NCBI GenBank assembly: GCA_903929475.1
Contig: CAIYUV010000236.1
Location: forward strand, 12,573 to 76,572
Source: an uncultured Spartobacteria bacterium
GTDB lineage: Bacteria; Verrucomicrobiota; Verrucomicrobiia; Chthoniobacterales; Chthoniobacteraceae
DNA: 64,000 nucleotides
Direction of reading: 5' to 3'
The position numbers and the translations under genes are program-made. The notes under the pieces are model-generated. The model made no database searches. It was not told the DNA's origin and was given only the letters and a program-made list of their open reading frames with translations. Of this stretch, positions 62,161 through 64,000 are shown in pieces. How positions within the stretch are numbered: position 1 is the first letter of the stretch; every line of letters begins with the position of its first letter.

Positions 62161-64000
62161 TTTTCTGTCGGAGCAAAAGCCTTCACGACGATCACCTCGC
62201 TGTCGGCTTTGATTGCGATAGGTTGCGGCTTTTGATCGGCGGTGATGGGAGTGATGGAGAGGATGACGGCCGAGTCTTTGGGCATGTCGTAGAGGAAGTC
62301 TTCGCCGTAGCGGTAGGTGCCTCGGTCAGCTCCGGCGTTGGGGTGGACTTCGGTGATTTGGTAGATGGCGGCGCGGTCTTCTTTTAGACCGATCCAGCGG
62401 TTGAGTGGAATGGATGCGCGGATGGTTTTTTCGGGCGCGATCTTTTTGTCGAAGCCGCCGGGGAAGAGGAACAGAAAGCCGCGGTCGCCGATGATGTGCG
62501 CGCTGCCATCTACGGGCGAGTAGCCGGGGCACTCGAAGAGGTCGCGCTTCACTTTCAAGTAGGCGAAGTTCGTCGTCGCCCATGCGCGCCACTTTTTTAG
62601 AAAGTCCCGATTTTCTTCGAGGGCGAGGGCTTTGTAGCCAGGGCCGATCTGGCAATACGCTGTGGTGCTGATGGTGGTGAGGACGTTGAATTGGAAGGTT
62701 CGCGAGTTGTCGCCGAATAGCGCGGCGTAGTTTTTGTAAACGGGGCGGAAGCGGTCATTCTGGTTGTGCCATGTTTGCAGGCGGTTCATGTCCGCACCGT
62801 TGCTCTCGTAGTAGCCGGCGTCGGAATTCAAGTATGGCAGCGCCCACGGACCGCCGCGCGCAAGGCCGCAGTATTGTTCAAGGCACATCTGCGGATGTCG
62901 CCGCCGGATTTCTGCGAGGAAGTTTTGGATATTCTTCCACTCGCGGTAATAGCCGTCCCCGGGCAGATGGCCGTGATTTTTTGCAAAGCACGGATCAACT
63001 CCTGCGCCCTTCGGGCCGGGGCGGTAAAGCGGCACCTCCCAATAATTCATCCAGCGTCCATCCCAGCCCCACCAGCGCGGCTGGTATTTGGTGAAGACTG
63101 CTTCGTGCGTTGCGAGCAGATACTTCATGTAGTCGTCGCATGCGGCGCAGGAGGTTTTGCGGCCAAAAATATACACGTTGGGTTTGCTGGATTCATCCAC
63201 GGAGGCCCACTCGGGTTTTTGATCGAGCCAGATCCCCGGCAGGCTGAAGCTGCTCACGTGGACGCCATTTTTCCGCGCGTGCTCGATGAACTGCTCCATG
63301 ACCGGCGGCGCGCGGAAGTCATCGGTGAATTCGCCGGGTTTGAATTGATCGAGGAAAACATTGTGCGGCGAATGCAGCCCGAATGCCGGGCCTGCCTCAC
63401 CAGGCAGCCCGGCGATTCCTTTGTCCGCAGGAAAGCCCAGCGGTTCGGCGCGCATTTGCGAAAGATACGGTTCTGCCGTCGGATGATTGCCGCGCCCATA
63501 CCACGTGTGCGCCGTCATAATGTCGTGGACACCCGTAGCTTTGAGGCGGTCTATAATTTCGGCCTTCGGCTCGAAAAGACTCGCCCACCAGCCATTTTGC
63601 CAGACCCAGTATCCATCCTCCGGCAGCGGCTGATCGGGCAGCACCGTGCGCATGAAATCCTGCATAGCCCAGACCTCGCCCCAATCGAGCACCTCCGGCT
63701 CCACCACCGCGTCGGGAATTTTTTTGTTTTTGAAGTGCTGAAAAAGCCCGGTGTCCTTTTTGAAATCCATGAGCGCCGTCGTGCGCCGACCGGGATACGG
63801 CCCGTGCGAATAGCGGGTGATTCCCTCCTTGCGATACACGCCGAGGAAATATTTTTCGCTCGTGTTCACCTCGCCCGCGACTGCCGGGTAGTTCGGTTTG
63901 TAGCCGAGTCGGAAGCCGTCCTTGCCGCGCAATTCATGCTCCAACCACGGGTATTCCAGCCCGGCGAAGCAGCCGCCTTTTTCACCGCGCAGGAAGAAAT
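62157..64000 (-). CDS. hypothetical protein, possibly a glycoside-hydrolase-like enzyme; N-terminus outside the window (partial)
   Basis: The frame stays open from 63944 to the window edge (upstream codons read ...GGCFAGLEYPW before the TTG the track uses as start). Long, non-repetitive, Trp/Tyr-rich sequence. No family recognised. Confidence 0.6.
   Translation of the reverse strand, partial: FFLRGEKGGCFAGLEYPWLEHELRGKDGFRLGYKPNYPAVAGEVNTSEKYFLGVYRKEGITRYSHGPYPGRRTTALMDFKKDTGLFQHFKNKKIPDAVVEPEVLDWGEVWAMQDFMRTVLPDQPLPEDGYWVWQNGWWASLFEPKAEIIDRLKATGVHDIMTAHTWYGRGNHPTAEPYLSQMRAEPLGFPADKGIAGLPGEAGPAFGLHSPHNVFLDQFKPGEFTDDFRAPPVMEQFIEHARKNGVHVSSFSLPGIWLDQKPEWASVDESSKPNVYIFGRKTSCAACDDYMKYLLATHEAVFTKYQPRWWGWDGRWMNYWEVPLYRPGPKGAGVDPCFAKNHGHLPGDGYYREWKNIQNFLAEIRRRHPQMCLEQYCGLARGGPWALPYLNSDAGYYESNGADMNRLQTWHNQNDRFRPVYKNYAALFGDNSRTFQFNVLTTISTTAYCQIGPGYKALALEENRDFLKKWRAWATTNFAYLKVKRDLFECPGYSPVDGSAHIIGDRGFLFLFPGGFDKKIAPEKTIRASIPLNRWIGLKEDRAAIYQITEVHPNAGADRGTYRYGEDFLYDMPKDSAVILSITPITADQKPQPIAIKADSEVIVVKAFAPTEN

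Overview
This is a 64-kb, high-G+C, gene-dense bacterial chromosomal segment. I call about 62 credible protein-coding genes and see no rRNA, tRNA or CRISPR array. All work was by eye from the sequence and ORF track: no searches, HMMs or computed statistics were run, and all alignments and G+C remarks are visual. The track renders GTG and TTG starts as M, so several starts were re-chosen. Protein signatures suggest a PVC-group organism (Verrucomicrobiota or Planctomycetota), which is inference only. Those signatures are a PSCyt1-type cytochrome c domain fused to a formylglycine-generating-enzyme domain, an LESRxxLSA-type N-terminus on a 1079-aa secreted protein, a fused ccoNO gene, and REP elements that translate as GNAPG/GLKARP-like peptides.

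Backbone genes:
- hdc plus an ACT-domain gene, recF, hisS, uppS and purA.
- A nine-cistron cbb3 oxidase operon (Cys/His-rich ORF, ccoS-like, ccoNO, ccoQ-like, ccoP, ccoG, small TM ORF, TauE/DsbD_2-like, ccoI).
- dgt, an ABC-F ATPase, dnaX, hflKC, an Fe3+-type ABC importer, infC, an M42 peptidase, a GT9 heptosyltransferase, an ABC-2 exporter, a galT-like gene, obg and an lpxH-like gene.

Accessory content:
- Three type II toxin-antitoxin pairs (VapBC and two ParE/RelE-type).
- Two diverged REP-associated tyrosine transposase (RAYT) units, each with its own cognate inverted REPs and each frameshifted.
- A RAYT-less REP doublet, and two further REP or palindromic families.
- A SauUSI-like (PLD, SF2 helicase, DUF3427) type IV restriction gene abutting a Vsr remnant.
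- Low-G+C orphan genes, one of which duplicates the hisS start.
- A Cys-containing LRR protein.

The item most worth follow-up is at 37.9-38.4 kb. It is an array of twenty indel-free, degenerate 21-bp units, open in all six frames, whose conservation has no codon periodicity. It sits between an XRE-type regulator gene and an orphan 233-aa gene, next to a RAYT-plus-TA cassette.
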